64,000 bases of DNA from an uncultured SAR86 cluster bacterium. GTDB lineage: Bacteria; Pseudomonadota; Gammaproteobacteria; Magnimaribacterales; AG-339-G14. Location: the NCBI GenBank assembly GCA_902525735.1, contig CABZIF010000002.1, positions 144,754 through 208,753 on the forward strand, read 5' to 3'. This document shows, piece after piece, positions 1 to 9,918 of this stretch (positions within the stretch are counted from its first letter, which is position 1; every line of letters begins with the position of its first letter). The notes under the pieces were generated by a model, which saw only the letters and a list, made by a program, of their open reading frames with translations, was not told the origin of the DNA and made no database searches. The position numbers and the translations under genes were made by a program.

Positions 1-1
1 A

Positions 2-391
2 ACAGGAAGAAAATTTGGAAGAAATAGCGCAACAAGATCCGCGTTATTTAAAAACTTATCTATTTCTTTAATAGAGCATGAGGCAATAAAAACCACTCTA
101 CCAAAAGCCAAAGAACTAAGAGGCTACCTAGAGCCGTTAATAACTCTCTCTAAAGTTGATTCTGTCTCTAACAGGAGAAGAGCCTTTTCAATCTTGAGAA
201 ATAAAAGTGCCGTAGGTAAATTGTTTTCTGATTTAGGTCCAAGATTTAAAGAAAGACCCGGCGGTTATTTAAGGATCATAAAAATGGGCTATAGAACCGG
301 AGATTCAGCTCCAATGGCCTTAATTGAAATGGTTACTAAGAATAAAGATTCTATTCTTGAAGAAGAAGTAGGTTCTGAAAAATCAGCTTAA
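2..391 (+). CDS. rplQ: 50S ribosomal protein L17 (5' end cut by window edge)
   Basis: The frame is open from position 2. The translation (..[70 protein letters not shown]) matches the L17 family. Track ORF 194..391 is only its C-terminal part. Confidence 0.9.
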   Translation, partial: TGRKFGRNSATRSALFKNLSISLIEHEAIKTTLPKAKELRGYLEPLITLSKVDSVSNRRRAFSILRNKSAVGKLFSDLGPRFKERPGGYLRIIKMGYRTGDSAPMALIEMVTKNKDSILEEEVGSEKSA

Positions 392-3198
392 TAATCTTTT
401 AGAAAAACACCTGTAAAAGATTTTTTTTCCTTTACAATTTTCTCTGGAGGACCTTCTGCAATGATCTTTCCTCCGTTTTTTCCGCCTTCAGGACCTATAT
501 CGATAATCCAGTCAGAATTTTTTATTACATCTAAGTTGTGTTCAATAATAACTACAGTATTACCCTGAGATTTTAGTCTATGCAAAACATTTAATAGAAG
601 AGATACATCATGAAAATGAAGTCCAGTGGTCGGTTCATCTAAAAGGTATAAAGTTCTTCCTGTAGCAGTTTTAGAAAGTTCTTTTGCAAGTTTTACACGC
701 TGCGCTTCACCCCCAGATAAAGTAGTAGCAGGTTGACCTAACCTTATGTATCCCAATCCAACATCATTGAGCGTAGTTAACTTCTTTTTAATAATAGGAA
801 CAGCATCAAAAAATGTTAGCGCTTGTTCTACTGTCATATTCAAAACTTCAGAAATATTTTTTCCTTTATACTTTACTGACAAGGTTTCTTTGTTATATCT
901 TTTTCCATCACATACATCGCACTTGACATAAACATCAGGTAAAAAATGCATTTCAACTTTGATGACCCCATCTCCCTCACAAGCTTCGCATCTGCCCCCT
1001 TTCACATTAAAGCTAAATCTTCCAGGCTTATAACCCTTGGCTCTTGCATCTTGAGTTTCTGAAAAAAGCTCTCTTATGGGGGTAAAAATTCCAGTGTATG
1101 TTACTGGATTTGATCTTGGTGTTCGCCCAATTGGACTTTGACTGATGTCTATCACTTTATCTATATTTTCAATACCTGATAGTTTTTTGAAAGGTTTAAC
1201 AGTTCTATCAGAAGAATGAAGTGTGTTCATTAATGCTGGATATAAAGTCTGGTTAATAAGAGTGGACTTACCAGAACCAGATACTCCTGTAATACAAACC
1301 ATTTTTCCTAAGGGTATTTTTAAGTCAACATTTTTTAGATTATTACCAGAACATTGAGAAATGCCTATGCTTTTGTCTAGTCCATTGGAACTAGATTTTT
1401 CAATAGATATTTTCTTTGTCCCTGCTAGGTATTGCCCTGTTAAAGACGATTTGTTTGATAATAATTTTTTATAGTTCCCGGAAAAACAAACTTTACCACC
1501 ATGCTCTCCAGCTCCTGGTCCTATATCAATTATGTGATCAGCATTTTCAATTGTCTCTTTATCATGTTCAACCACGATTACAGTATTTCCAAGATCTTTG
1601 AGCCTTTTTAGAGTCGACAGTAATTTAGAATTGTCTCTTTGATGAAGACCAATAGACGGTTCGTCTAAAATGTATGTTACACCAACCAATCCAGCTCCTA
1701 TTTGACTGGCAAGTCTAATTCTTTGTGCTTCGCCACCACTCAATGACTCTGCACTTCTAGAGATATTAAGATAATTGAGGCCAACATCTATTAAAAATTT
1801 TAGACGCTCTTTGATTTCTTTAACAATCTTTTCAGCAATTTTGCCTTTTGCTCCTTTCAGATTTAATTTTTCGAAAAATTCATAAGCTTCCTCAATAGTC
1901 ATTTCAGAAATTTCAGGCAAAGAAGTTTGATTAATGAAAACATTTCTTGCAGATTTATTAAGCCTTGAGCCATCGCAAGAAGAACAAGGACGGTGCGTCA
2001 TAAACTTAGACATGTCTTCTCTTATTAAAGGAGAATCAGAATTTGAATATTTTCTGTTGATATTATTAACTATGCCTTCAAAGGGACGGATTATTTCTAT
2101 TCTTCTTCCTCTTTTAGAAGTGTAGCTAAAATCTACATCTTCCGGAGTACTTCCGTAAAGGACCATCTCTTTAATTTTGTTTGGTAGCTCTTCGAATGGT
2201 GAATCTAAAGAAAAATCAAAATGATTGCTTACACATCTCAATAAATAATGTCGATACATATGACTTGAATCCCATCCCCTTACGGCCCCTTGATTTAAAC
2301 TTAACTCTGGTCGTGAAATTACCTTTTCAAGATCTATTTCTGCTTTAAAACCTAAACCATCACAAGATTTACATGCTCCGGCTGGACTATTGAAAGAAAA
2401 TAATCTTGGCTCAAGTTCAGGAATACTATAACCACAGACTGGACATGCCATTTTAGTAGAAAAGGTTAAAATTTCTGAATTCTCGTCTGCAGATAGAAAC
2501 TCAACTAAGCCATTTGACTCGGTAAGAGCTGTCTCAATTGATTGAACCATTCTGCTTTGATTGTCTTTTTTTACTGAAAGTCTATCTACAACAACTTCAA
2601 TATTGTGTTTTTTATTTTTGTCTAGCTTAGGTAGCTCAGAGATATCATAAATTTGACCATTTATTCTTAACCTGACATACCCTTTGGCTTTCAAGTCAGA
2701 AAATAAATTTAGGTGTTCTCCTTTCTGCTCTTTGAATATAGGCGACAGAATAAGAACTCTTTTATTTAAAAATTTTTTAAAAGTAATATCTGTTATTTGA
2801 TCTAAGCTCTGACCTTCCAATGAAACATGATGATCAGGACATTTTGGTGTTCCAGTTCTTGCGAGAAGCAATCTAAGATAATCGTAAATCTCAGTGACGG
2901 TTCCTACCGTAGACCTAGGATTATGAGAAGTAGATTTTTGTTCAATGGATATAGCAGGCGAAAGGCCCTCTACAGTATCTACGTCTGGTTTGTCCATAAC
3001 GGAGAGAAATTGCCTGGCATAAGCCGATAATGATTCAACATATCTTCTTTGGCCTTCAGCATAAAGAGTGTCAAAAGCCAGAGAAGACTTCCCAGAACCA
3101 GACAAACCTGTGATAACAGTTAATTCGTCCCTTGGTATAGATATGTCGATATTCTTTAAATTGTGCTGGCGAGCTCCTTTAACACTTATATATTTCAT
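388..3198 (-). CDS. uvrA: Excinuclease ABC subunit A
   Basis: 936 aa. Two ABC modules with Walker [10 protein letters not shown] and GVSGSGKST, two LSGGEAQR signatures, and CxxC zinc-finger pairs. Divergent from ssb, as in E. coli and Pseudomonas. Confidence 0.97.
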   Translation of the reverse strand: MKYISVKGARQHNLKNIDISIPRDELTVITGLSGSGKSSLAFDTLYAEGQRRYVESLSAYARQFLSVMDKPDVDTVEGLSPAISIEQKSTSHNPRSTVGTVTEIYDYLRLLLARTGTPKCPDHHVSLEGQSLDQITDITFKKFLNKRVLILSPIFKEQKGEHLNLFSDLKAKGYVRLRINGQIYDISELPKLDKNKKHNIEVVVDRLSVKKDNQSRMVQSIETALTESNGLVEFLSADENSEILTFSTKMACPVCGYSIPELEPRLFSFNSPAGACKSCDGLGFKAEIDLEKVISRPELSLNQGAVRGWDSSHMYRHYLLRCVSNHFDFSLDSPFEELPNKIKEMVLYGSTPEDVDFSYTSKRGRRIEIIRPFEGIVNNINRKYSNSDSPLIREDMSKFMTHRPCSSCDGSRLNKSARNVFINQTSLPEISEMTIEEAYEFFEKLNLKGAKGKIAEKIVKEIKERLKFLIDVGLNYLNISRSAESLSGGEAQRIRLASQIGAGLVGVTYILDEPSIGLHQRDNSKLLSTLKRLKDLGNTVIVVEHDKETIENADHIIDIGPGAGEHGGKVCFSGNYKKLLSNKSSLTGQYLAGTKKISIEKSSSNGLDKSIGISQCSGNNLKNVDLKIPLGKMVCITGVSGSGKSTLINQTLYPALMNTLHSSDRTVKPFKKLSGIENIDKVIDISQSPIGRTPRSNPVTYTGIFTPIRELFSETQDARAKGYKPGRFSFNVKGGRCEACEGDGVIKVEMHFLPDVYVKCDVCDGKRYNKETLSVKYKGKNISEVLNMTVEQALTFFDAVPIIKKKLTTLNDVGLGYIRLGQPATTLSGGEAQRVKLAKELSKTATGRTLYLLDEPTTGLHFHDVSLLLNVLHRLKSQGNTVVIIEHNLDVIKNSDWIIDIGPEGGKNGGKIIAEGPPEKIVKEKKSFTGVFLKDY

Positions 3199-3267
3199 TT
3201 ATGAATTGTTATGATTTAGACTAATATCAAATATAATAAACAATAACACCTTTTAAGAGAAAACATT

Positions 3268-3690
3268 ATGGCAAGAAGTGGAATTAATAAAGTTATATTA
3301 CTTGGTAATTTAGGAGCGGACCCAGAATTAAGAACAACAGCTGGCGGTGATGCCGTAGCGACTATATCCATTGCTACTTCCGATAGCTGGAAAGATAAAA
3401 ATACCGGAGAAGAGCAACAAAAAACTGAATGGCACAGAGTTGTGTTCTTTAGAAGAATGGCCGAAGTAGTAGGTGAGTATTTAAAAAAAGGTTCATCCGT
3501 CTACATTGAAGGACAGCTTCAAACTAATAGCTATGAAGACAAAAATACTGGAGAAAAAAAGTTTTCTACTCAAATTGTTGCAAGAGACATGCAAATGTTA
3601 GGTAGTAGAAATAATAGCGAAACACAATCAAATTCATCTGAAGAAACTTCAATGGATCAAACTCCTATGGATGATGAAATTCCTTTTTAG
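3268..3690 (+). CDS. ssb: Single-stranded DNA-binding protein
   Basis: 140 aa. OB-fold N-terminus ([25 protein letters not shown]) and the acidic C-terminal tip DDEIPF. Confidence 0.95.
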   Translation: MARSGINKVILLGNLGADPELRTTAGGDAVATISIATSDSWKDKNTGEEQQKTEWHRVVFFRRMAEVVGEYLKKGSSVYIEGQLQTNSYEDKNTGEKKFSTQIVARDMQMLGSRNNSETQSNSSEETSMDQTPMDDEIPF

Positions 3691-4911
3691 TTAATTAAAT
3701 TCTTTTACTACAATACTTGCATTAGTACCGCCGAATCCAAAACTGTTAGACATGAATGAAGAAAAATTCTTTTTTTCAATTAATTGATCTGCCAACACAA
3801 GATTTTTTGCTTCGTCTATAGGATCTCTAAGGTTCAGAGATTCAGCAATGAATTTATTTTTCAACATCAAAATACTATAAATACATTCTAAGACCCCAGC
3901 GGCTCCCAGGGCGTGACCAGTTTGTGACTTAGTTGAGCCGACTATTGGCTTTTCATCAAAAACTTTTTTGATTGCATTTAATTCTATTGGATCTCCAGCT
4001 GGTGTGGATGTCCCATGGGCATTTAAATAATCTACAGTGTTAAGTTCACTCATCTGTAATGCCTGTCTCATACAATTAGCAGCGCCAGAGCCAGAAGGAG
4101 AAACCATGTCTTCACCATCTGAAGTAGCTGAATAACCAACTATTTCACCATAAATTTTTGCACCTCTTTTTTTTGCGTGCTCCAATTCTTCTAAAACAAT
4201 AATTCCGCCCCCAGCAGAAATAACAAAACCATCTCTATCTTTATCAAACGGTCTTGATGCTTCCTCAGGGCTTAAATTATATTTACTTGATAATGCCCCC
4301 ATAGCGTCAAAAAGAGCAGACTGTGTCCAATGTTCGTCTTCACCTCCACCTGCTAGTACTATGTCTTGTTTTCCTAATTGTATTTGCTCCCAAGCTGAAC
4401 CAATGCAATGAGCGCTTGTGGAACATGCAGAAGAGATCGAATAATTAATACCTTTTACTCCCAGAAAAGTGGCCAAGCATGCGGAAACAGTACTACCCAT
4501 TGTTTGTGTAACTCGATAAGGCCCAATTCTTTTAATTCCTTTTTCTCTAGCTATATCTGCAGCTTCTACTTGGCTTCTCGAAGAAGCGCCTCCAGAACCA
4601 GCTATTATCCCTATACGGTCAGAACTAAACATATCCTTTGAAATTCCTGCATCTTTAATGGCTTCTTGAGCGCTGAGATAAGAATAAGCAGCTGTTTCAC
4701 CCATGAATCTGAACATTTTTCTGTCGATTAATTCGGATAGGTTTAGATTAATGGAGCCTGAAATTTCACTTTTCATACCCATTTTTTTATATTCAGGATT
4801 TATAGAAATTCCAGACTTTCCATCTAATAGAGAAGCATTTATTTCATCAATTCCTGTTCCTATTGGAGAGATTGCTCCCATACCTGTTATAACTGCTCTT
4901 TTTAATTCCAT
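3691..4911 (-). CDS. fabB: 3-oxoacyl-ACP synthase I (KAS I)
   Basis: KAS fold with active-site SSACSTS and HGTSTPAGD motifs, and GFGGTNA near the C-terminus. It lies directly downstream of fabA. I prefer the start at M13 ([15 protein letters not shown] at 4911) over the track start at 4947, which overlaps fabA by 32 nt. Confidence 0.88.
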   Translation of the reverse strand: MELKRAVITGMGAISPIGTGIDEINASLLDGKSGISINPEYKKMGMKSEISGSINLNLSELIDRKMFRFMGETAAYSYLSAQEAIKDAGISKDMFSSDRIGIIAGSGGASSRSQVEAADIAREKGIKRIGPYRVTQTMGSTVSACLATFLGVKGINYSISSACSTSAHCIGSAWEQIQLGKQDIVLAGGGEDEHWTQSALFDAMGALSSKYNLSPEEASRPFDKDRDGFVISAGGGIIVLEELEHAKKRGAKIYGEIVGYSATSDGEDMVSPSGSGAANCMRQALQMSELNTVDYLNAHGTSTPAGDPIELNAIKKVFDEKPIVGSTKSQTGHALGAAGVLECIYSILMLKNKFIAESLNLRDPIDEAKNLVLADQLIEKKNFSSFMSNSFGFGGTNASIVVKEFN

Positions 4912-4915
4912 TTTT

Positions 4916-5446
4916 TTAAAAACCTGATGGATCTTTGAATAAACCAACTTTTAGATTCTTAGCTGTATAAATCTCTTTACCATCTACTTTCATTGAACCG
5001 TCGGCAAAACCTACCACTAAACTTTGCTTCCTGATTCTTTTAATATCTATTTCGTATTCAACTAAATTAGCTTTTTGAAGAACTTGTCCAAAAAATTTTA
5101 CTTCTCCAGCTCCCAAAGCTCTTCCAATTCCAGAATTTCCTTCCCATAATAGGTAAAAACCTAGTAACTGCCACATGGCATCTAAACCCAAACATCCAGG
5201 CATAACCGGATCGCCGGTAAAATGACAGTCAAAAAACCATAGGTCTGGTGTTATATCGAGCTCGCCTTTTATTTGACCATTCTCAAAAGCTCCTGAGTTT
5301 GAGTTCACTTCAGTAATTCTATCCATCATCAGCATTTCATTATTTGGCAATTTGCCATTTGATTGTCCAAACAATTCCCCTTTAGAGCATTTTATTAAAT
5401 CCTCTTTAGAATAACTTTGTGATGGCTTGAAAACTGTCTCTCCCAT
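4916..5446 (-). CDS. fabA: 3-hydroxydecanoyl-ACP dehydratase/isomerase
   Basis: 176 aa with the FabA motif [24 protein letters not shown]. It forms a fabA-fabB pair. Confidence 0.93.
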   Translation of the reverse strand: MGETVFKPSQSYSKEDLIKCSKGELFGQSNGKLPNNEMLMMDRITEVNSNSGAFENGQIKGELDITPDLWFFDCHFTGDPVMPGCLGLDAMWQLLGFYLLWEGNSGIGRALGAGEVKFFGQVLQKANLVEYEIDIKRIRKQSLVVGFADGSMKVDGKEIYTAKNLKVGLFKDPSGF

Positions 5447-5526
5447 AGCGATATACTACAGCATTTGAAAAGATTGCGAGTAGAGAGTTTATTAGATAAG
5501 ATGCCCATCTTTTAAGAAAATTTAAT

Positions 5527-5841
5527 ATGTATGCAGTGATAAAGAGCGGTGGTAAACAGCATAAAGTGGCTGAAGGAGAAATTATCACTATAGAAAAAAT
5601 TGATGCTGAGGAAGGTTCAAATGTTGAGTTTTCTGAGGTGTTAGTTGTTAATAAAGGAGGGAATCTTCAGGTAGGAAGGCCTTTGTTAGAAGGCGCAAAA
5701 GTTGTTGGAAAAGTTATAAATCATTTAAAGGCACCTAAAGTGACAATTATTAAGATGAAAAGACGTCAAGATTGGAGAAAAAAACAAGGTCATAGGCAAA
5801 ATTTATCCAAAATAGAAATCAAATCAATAGAGACTAAATAA
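5527..5841 (+). CDS. rplU: 50S ribosomal protein L21
   Basis: 104 aa starting [14 protein letters not shown]. Followed by rpmA through a TAATG overlap. Confidence 0.95.
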   Translation: MYAVIKSGGKQHKVAEGEIITIEKIDAEEGSNVEFSEVLVVNKGGNLQVGRPLLEGAKVVGKVINHLKAPKVTIIKMKRRQDWRKKQGHRQNLSKIEIKSIETK

Positions 5842-6101
5842 TGGCACATAAAAAAGCAGGTGGAAGCACTAGAAACGGAAGAGATTCTAATCCTAAGTTT
5901 TTAGGGGTTAAAGCATACGGGGGGCAAACTGTGTCAGCAGGATCGATAATTGTTAGGCAGAGAGGAACAAAATTTCACCCAGGCTCTAATGTTGGAATTG
6001 GAAAAGATCATACGCTTTTTGCAAAATGCGATGGGAAAGTTTCCTTCGAAAAAAAAGGAAAAAATCTTCGTCAATTCGTAAATATTGAATCACTAACATA
6101 A
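5841..6101 (+). CDS. rpmA: 50S ribosomal protein L27
   Basis: 86 aa starting [19 protein letters not shown]. Confidence 0.96.
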   Translation: MAHKKAGGSTRNGRDSNPKFLGVKAYGGQTVSAGSIIVRQRGTKFHPGSNVGIGKDHTLFAKCDGKVSFEKKGKNLRQFVNIESLT

Positions 6102-6105
6102 TATC

Positions 6106-7107
6106 GTGCGCTTCATAGATGAAGCATTCATAGAGGTAACCGCTGGGAATGGCGGTAAGGGATGCTTAAGTTTCAGAAGAGAAAAATTTATTCCCAAAGG
6201 AGGACCCGACGGTGGCGATGGAGGTTCAGGCGGTTGTATTTTAATTAAAACAGATGAGTCTTTGACTACTCTTAAAGATTTTAGACTCCAAAAAAAATAC
6301 AAAGCTAAAAACGGCAGCCAAGGTTTAGGTAAAAATAAACATGGCAAAGATGCAGAAAATACCATCTTAAAAGTTCCAGTTGGTACTCTGATAATCGACG
6401 AAGAGACAAATGAGCTGATAGCAGATTTAATTGAAAATAATCAGTCTATAGTCTTAGCAAAAGGAGGAAAAGGAGGTTTTGGCAATGCTAGGTTTAAAAC
6501 TTCTACCAACAGAGCCCCAAGAAAAACAACAGACGGAGATGAAGGAGAAAAATTCAATATTAAGCTAGAACTTAAGGTTTTAGCAGATGTGGGACTACTA
6601 GGAATGCCAAATGCTGGAAAATCTACTCTTATTTCTAAAATTTCTTCTGCAAAACCTAGAGTAGCAGATTATCCTTTTACTACTTTAAGTCCAAATTTGG
6701 GAGTAGTTCAAAGCGGTTTTAATTCTTTTGTTGTCGCAGATATACCTGGATTAATTCCTGGAGCATCTGAAGGAGAAGGATTGGGGATACAATTTTTAAA
6801 ACATTTATCGAGAGTTAAGGTTTTGCTTCATATTGTAGATGTATCATCTTTTGAACCTGAAAATATTATTAAAAACATAAATGATATCAATACTGAGCTT
6901 GAACTTTTTGGTTCCGATTTAGCTCAAAAAGAACAGTGGATTGTTATTAATAAAAATGATCTTGATCCTTCTAAAGAAGAGATGATAAGAAAAGAGTTAA
7001 AAGAAGAGTTTAAAGAACAAAGAATATTTTCTATATCTGCTATTACGGGAAAAGGGTTAGAGAATTTAGTTTCTGAAATAGGAACTAAAGTTTTTTCATT
7101 AGACTAG
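6106..7107 (+). CDS. obg: GTPase Obg/CgtA
   Basis: GTG start. Gly-rich Obg fold (GNGGKGCLSFRREKFIPKGGPDGGDGGSGG) and a G domain (GMPNAGKST, DIPGLI, NKND). At 333 aa it lacks the long C-terminal domain of E. coli ObgE. Confidence 0.93.
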   Translation: MRFIDEAFIEVTAGNGGKGCLSFRREKFIPKGGPDGGDGGSGGCILIKTDESLTTLKDFRLQKKYKAKNGSQGLGKNKHGKDAENTILKVPVGTLIIDEETNELIADLIENNQSIVLAKGGKGGFGNARFKTSTNRAPRKTTDGDEGEKFNIKLELKVLADVGLLGMPNAGKSTLISKISSAKPRVADYPFTTLSPNLGVVQSGFNSFVVADIPGLIPGASEGEGLGIQFLKHLSRVKVLLHIVDVSSFEPENIIKNINDINTELELFGSDLAQKEQWIVINKNDLDPSKEEMIRKELKEEFKEQRIFSISAITGKGLENLVSEIGTKVFSLD

Positions 7108-7115
7108 AATATAGT

Positions 7116-7889
7116 ATGTCCAAAGTTGTTGTTATAAAGGTAGGTTCGAGCTTAGTAACAGATTCAAATGATTCAATTGATAAAGAATTGATTAGATCTG
7201 TTTCGTCTCAAATTAGAGATCTTGTTGAAAAGGGGTTTGAGGTAATAGTTGTATCTTCCGGAGCTATAGCGCATGGTATGAAATCCTGGGGAATAAAAGA
7301 GAAGCCAAAAGAAATTGACCGATTGCAAGCCTTATCTGCGGTAGGTCAAATTGGCTTAATTAACGCCTATCAAGATGAATTTCGCATTCACGGCCTTCTA
7401 GCCGCACAAGTTTTGATGAGTCATGGCGATTTTAAAGATAAGGACCGTTCAAAAAATATAAAGACAAGTTTAAAAAATATATTCCGTTTAGGAGCTATTC
7501 CAATAATTAATGAAAACGATTCTGTATCAACAGAAGAAATACAACACGGGGATAACGATCAGTTAAGTGGCGAGGTTGCAAGTTTAATCGAAGCAAATTA
7601 TTTAATTATTTTGACTGATCAGGATGGTATTTACAAAGAAGATCCTAAAAAAAATGCTACAGCTAAATTAATTAAAAATATTAACTTAAAGGAGCTTGAT
7701 GATTATGATATTAAATTTGGAAAACCTGGAGAATTTGGTAGAGGAGGAATGGAAACAAAACTAAAAGCAGCAAAAAATTTTCTAAACGAAAGTAACGAAG
7801 TTTGGATTGCCAATGGAAAGACTGGCAATATAGTTTTAGATATCTTAGATGGAAAAGATCAAGGAACGAAGATTATGTTAACTGATTAA
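7116..7889 (+). CDS. proB: Glutamate 5-kinase (short form, no PUA domain)
   Basis: 257 aa amino-acid-kinase fold (VVIKVGSSLVT, VVSSGAIA, NENDSV, GDNDQLS). The obg-proB order is conserved. Confidence 0.9.
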   Translation: MSKVVVIKVGSSLVTDSNDSIDKELIRSVSSQIRDLVEKGFEVIVVSSGAIAHGMKSWGIKEKPKEIDRLQALSAVGQIGLINAYQDEFRIHGLLAAQVLMSHGDFKDKDRSKNIKTSLKNIFRLGAIPIINENDSVSTEEIQHGDNDQLSGEVASLIEANYLIILTDQDGIYKEDPKKNATAKLIKNINLKELDDYDIKFGKPGEFGRGGMETKLKAAKNFLNESNEVWIANGKTGNIVLDILDGKDQGTKIMLTD

Positions 7890-8141
7890 CTTAATGGCCT
7901 TGTTAAGTCTTGATTTCTGTCTTCCAGCACTATTTTTAGAAATGACCTTTTTATTAGCCATCTTATCAATTAGTTTCTGAGTAGATTTAAAGTTCGTTTT
8001 GGCAAGTTCAGAATCCTTAGAAGAAACTGCTTCCTCGACTCCTTTAATAGCAGTTCTGACAGCTGCTCGCTGACTACTCTTAAGAGAATTTCTAGTTAAA
8101 GCTTGTCTCGCTCTTTTCTTTGCTGATTGTATGTTTGCCAT
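7878..8141 (-). CDS. rpsT: 30S ribosomal protein S20
   Basis: MANIQSAKKRARQALTRN.. gives 87 aa from the internal ATG at 8141. The track ORF is extended upstream to 8279, which is not credible. The 3' end overlaps proB by 12 nt in convergent orientation. Confidence 0.9.
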   Translation of the reverse strand: MANIQSAKKRARQALTRNSLKSSQRAAVRTAIKGVEEAVSSKDSELAKTNFKSTQKLIDKMANKKVISKNSAGRQKSRLNKAIKLIS

Positions 8142-8199
8142 AAGTTGCGAATGATGAAGTTTTATTTTCTTAAAGTCAATAACTAGAAGACAAAAACTA

Positions 8200-8943
8200 T
8201 CAGACTTGTCTGAGTTTTGTTGTATTTTTATTTCTGGAAGCCGATTGGTAAGTAATCGCTCCCATAATGAAATCAGCAAGATTTGTAATGCGATCTTCGT
8301 TAGATCTTAAAGACAAGTTTATTTCTGTCTTGTTTTCCAAAATACCTTGAGGTTTATTATTAATTTCAGCCCATTCGGGACTAGAACTAGAAATACTCCA
8401 CTCCGCAAAAGTAACCATTATTGCTCCAGCCATGAACCGCAATCGTTCGAAGGCAATTTCTTCTCCTAAGTCTTTTTTTAGTATCTTGAAGATCATATTT
8501 GTGACTTTTATTGCAGTAGGCGCCTTGTCACTTCGAACTGAATATTTTTTTCTCCAGTCTGCGGAGGTCAGTAATTCTCCCATAATCTTTAAAATATAGT
8601 TTTTTCTTTTCGGATCCAACGCATTTTCAGCCATAGGAGTAATTAAAACAGTAACTAATTCTCTTAAATTAGGATTTTTAGACACAGAAAGCGCTTCATC
8701 TAATAAAAATTTTCTTTTATTGTCGAGAGGCGTCAGTCTGTAATCTAAAAGGGCATCCAGAAGGTTTTCTTTGTCACCAAAATGATAATGAAGAGCAGAA
8801 TGATTTTTTTGACCGGCTTCCCTAGCTATTTCTCTTGTAGAAACGTTATTAATTCCTTTTTCAGCAAATAATCTCTCAGCTGTTTCTATAATTTTTGTTT
8901 TAGTCCTGTTGAGCAAAAGATTTTGAATGGCTTTATTTTCCAT
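8200..8943 (-). CDS. TetR/AcrR-family transcriptional regulator
   Basis: 247 aa. N-terminal HTH region IIETAERLFAEKGINNVSTREIAREAGQKNHSALHYHFGDKENLL. The ligand and regulatory target are unknown. Confidence 0.8.
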   Translation of the reverse strand: MENKAIQNLLLNRTKTKIIETAERLFAEKGINNVSTREIAREAGQKNHSALHYHFGDKENLLDALLDYRLTPLDNKRKFLLDEALSVSKNPNLRELVTVLITPMAENALDPKRKNYILKIMGELLTSADWRKKYSVRSDKAPTAIKVTNMIFKILKKDLGEEIAFERLRFMAGAIMVTFAEWSISSSSPEWAEINNKPQGILENKTEINLSLRSNEDRITNLADFIMGAITYQSASRNKNTTKLRQV

Positions 8944-8953
8944 GGATCAATTG

Positions 8954-9004
8954 TAAGATACTTGTCTTAAATAAGCCAGCTGTCTTATTCATTGTCTTAA
9001 ATAA
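8954..9004. promoter_or_regulatory. Repeated TAAGACA/TGTCTTA motifs between the ssrA 3' end and the TetR start (candidate operator and/or weak ssrA terminator)
   Basis: TGTCTTA occurs at 8963-8969, 8981-8987 and 8993-8999. A 13-bp perfect direct repeat TTGTCTTAAATAA lies at 8962-8974 and 8992-9004. An inverted partner TAAGATA at 8954-8960 gives the imperfect palindrome TAAGATACTTGTCTTA, 11-26 bp upstream of the TetR ATG. Confidence 0.3.
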
Positions 9005-9026
9005 CAATTAGATTAACAAAAACTAA

Positions 9027-9376
9027 TGGTGGAGGCGGCGGGTATCGAACCCGCGTCCATCAATCCATCCCCGTCAGATCTACATGCTTAGTTTCATCTT
9101 TTAATCTCCTTTTAAAAACTCCGATGAGCAGGATTTTTTAAAAGCAGTCTGAAAATCTTTTTGAGAAAATATCAGACAAATTTTCCCAAGCAACCTATTA
9201 AATGACTTTTTTAAACCCTAATAGGTATCGGGTTAAAAAAGCTAGCCGAATTATGCAGCTAGTGCGTAGTTTGCTTTATTGCCAACTAAATGTTTTGTAA
9301 CTTATTTTCTCGAGCTTGTTACCTGCTCGGCATGCACTTAAGGTTCTCGAACAAATGTCTAATCCGTTTCGCCCCC
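9027..9376 (-). ncRNA. ssrA: tmRNA (SsrA), one-piece
   Basis: The minus strand reads 5' GGGGGCGAAACGGATTAGAC ... GGACGCGGGTTCGATACCCGCCGCCTCCACCA 3', a tRNA-Ala-like acceptor and T arm. The internal tag ORF at 9283..9251 is GGC AAT AAA GCA AAC TAC GCA CTA GCT GCA TAA = GNKANYALAA*. Adjacent to smpB. Confidence 0.93.
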
Positions 9377-9401
9377 AAAGCGAAAACCTATTTTAATGAA
9401 A

Positions 9402-9878
9402 TTATTTCAACTTACTAGAGAGTTTTCCTATTTTAGCTTTTTCTCTATCCCACTCTTTTCTTTTGATAGTTTCTCTTTTATCAAATTTAGTTTTTCCTTT
9501 TCCTAATGAAATATTAATTTTTATTAAGTTTGTTTTCCAAAAAATTTTTGTTGGAACACAGGTCAAACCTTTTTCTTGAGTTGCCTTAAAAATTTTGCCT
9601 AATTCTGATTTGGTCAAAAGTAATTTTTTAGTTCTATTTTGATCAACCTGAAAAGTGACTTCTTTTGGAGGAGATATTTTTAATCCTAAAATCCATGCCT
9701 CACCATTTTTCATTAAAACGTAGCTATCTTTCATGTCTACTTCGCCTGATCTGATACCTTTAACCTCCCATCCCTCCAGAGCCAATCCTGCTTCGAAACT
9801 TTCTAGTAACTCAAAGTTGTATCGAGCTTGCCTGTTGTCAATCACAGGACGAGGGTTTCTTTTTTTATCTTTAGACAT
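9402..9878 (-). CDS. smpB: SsrA-binding protein SmpB
   Basis: 158 aa with NRQARYNFELLESFEAGLALEGWEVK, typical of SmpB. Directly upstream of ssrA. Confidence 0.95.
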   Translation of the reverse strand: MSKDKKRNPRPVIDNRQARYNFELLESFEAGLALEGWEVKGIRSGEVDMKDSYVLMKNGEAWILGLKISPPKEVTFQVDQNRTKKLLLTKSELGKIFKATQEKGLTCVPTKIFWKTNLIKINISLGKGKTKFDKRETIKRKEWDREKAKIGKLSSKLK

Positions 9879-9918
9879 TAAGTTAGTATATCTAGTTAAT
9901 ATAAAATCTAAAAAAAGA

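Noticed and set aside
5406-5588. A 60-aa ORF bridging the fabA start, the fabA-rplU spacer and the rplU start (minus strand).
   Set aside because: It overlaps both real genes' 5' ends and has no motif. It is an artefact.
6093-6365. A Pro-rich 90-aa ORF (PPEPPSPPSGPP) antisense to the obg 5' end.
   Set aside because: It is simply the complement of the Gly-rich GGxGG Obg fold codons.
8944-9376. The tmRNA 3' end as a genomic-island integration site.
   Set aside because: There is no integrase, no phage or IS genes, and no duplicated copy of the ssrA 3' segment that I could see. The next gene is a lone TetR regulator, followed by rpsT.
9733-9918. A 62-codon N-terminal extension of the NSS transporter ORF.
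   Set aside because: It runs antisense through the smpB 5' end. The conserved NSS N-terminus starts right after the ATG at 9919.
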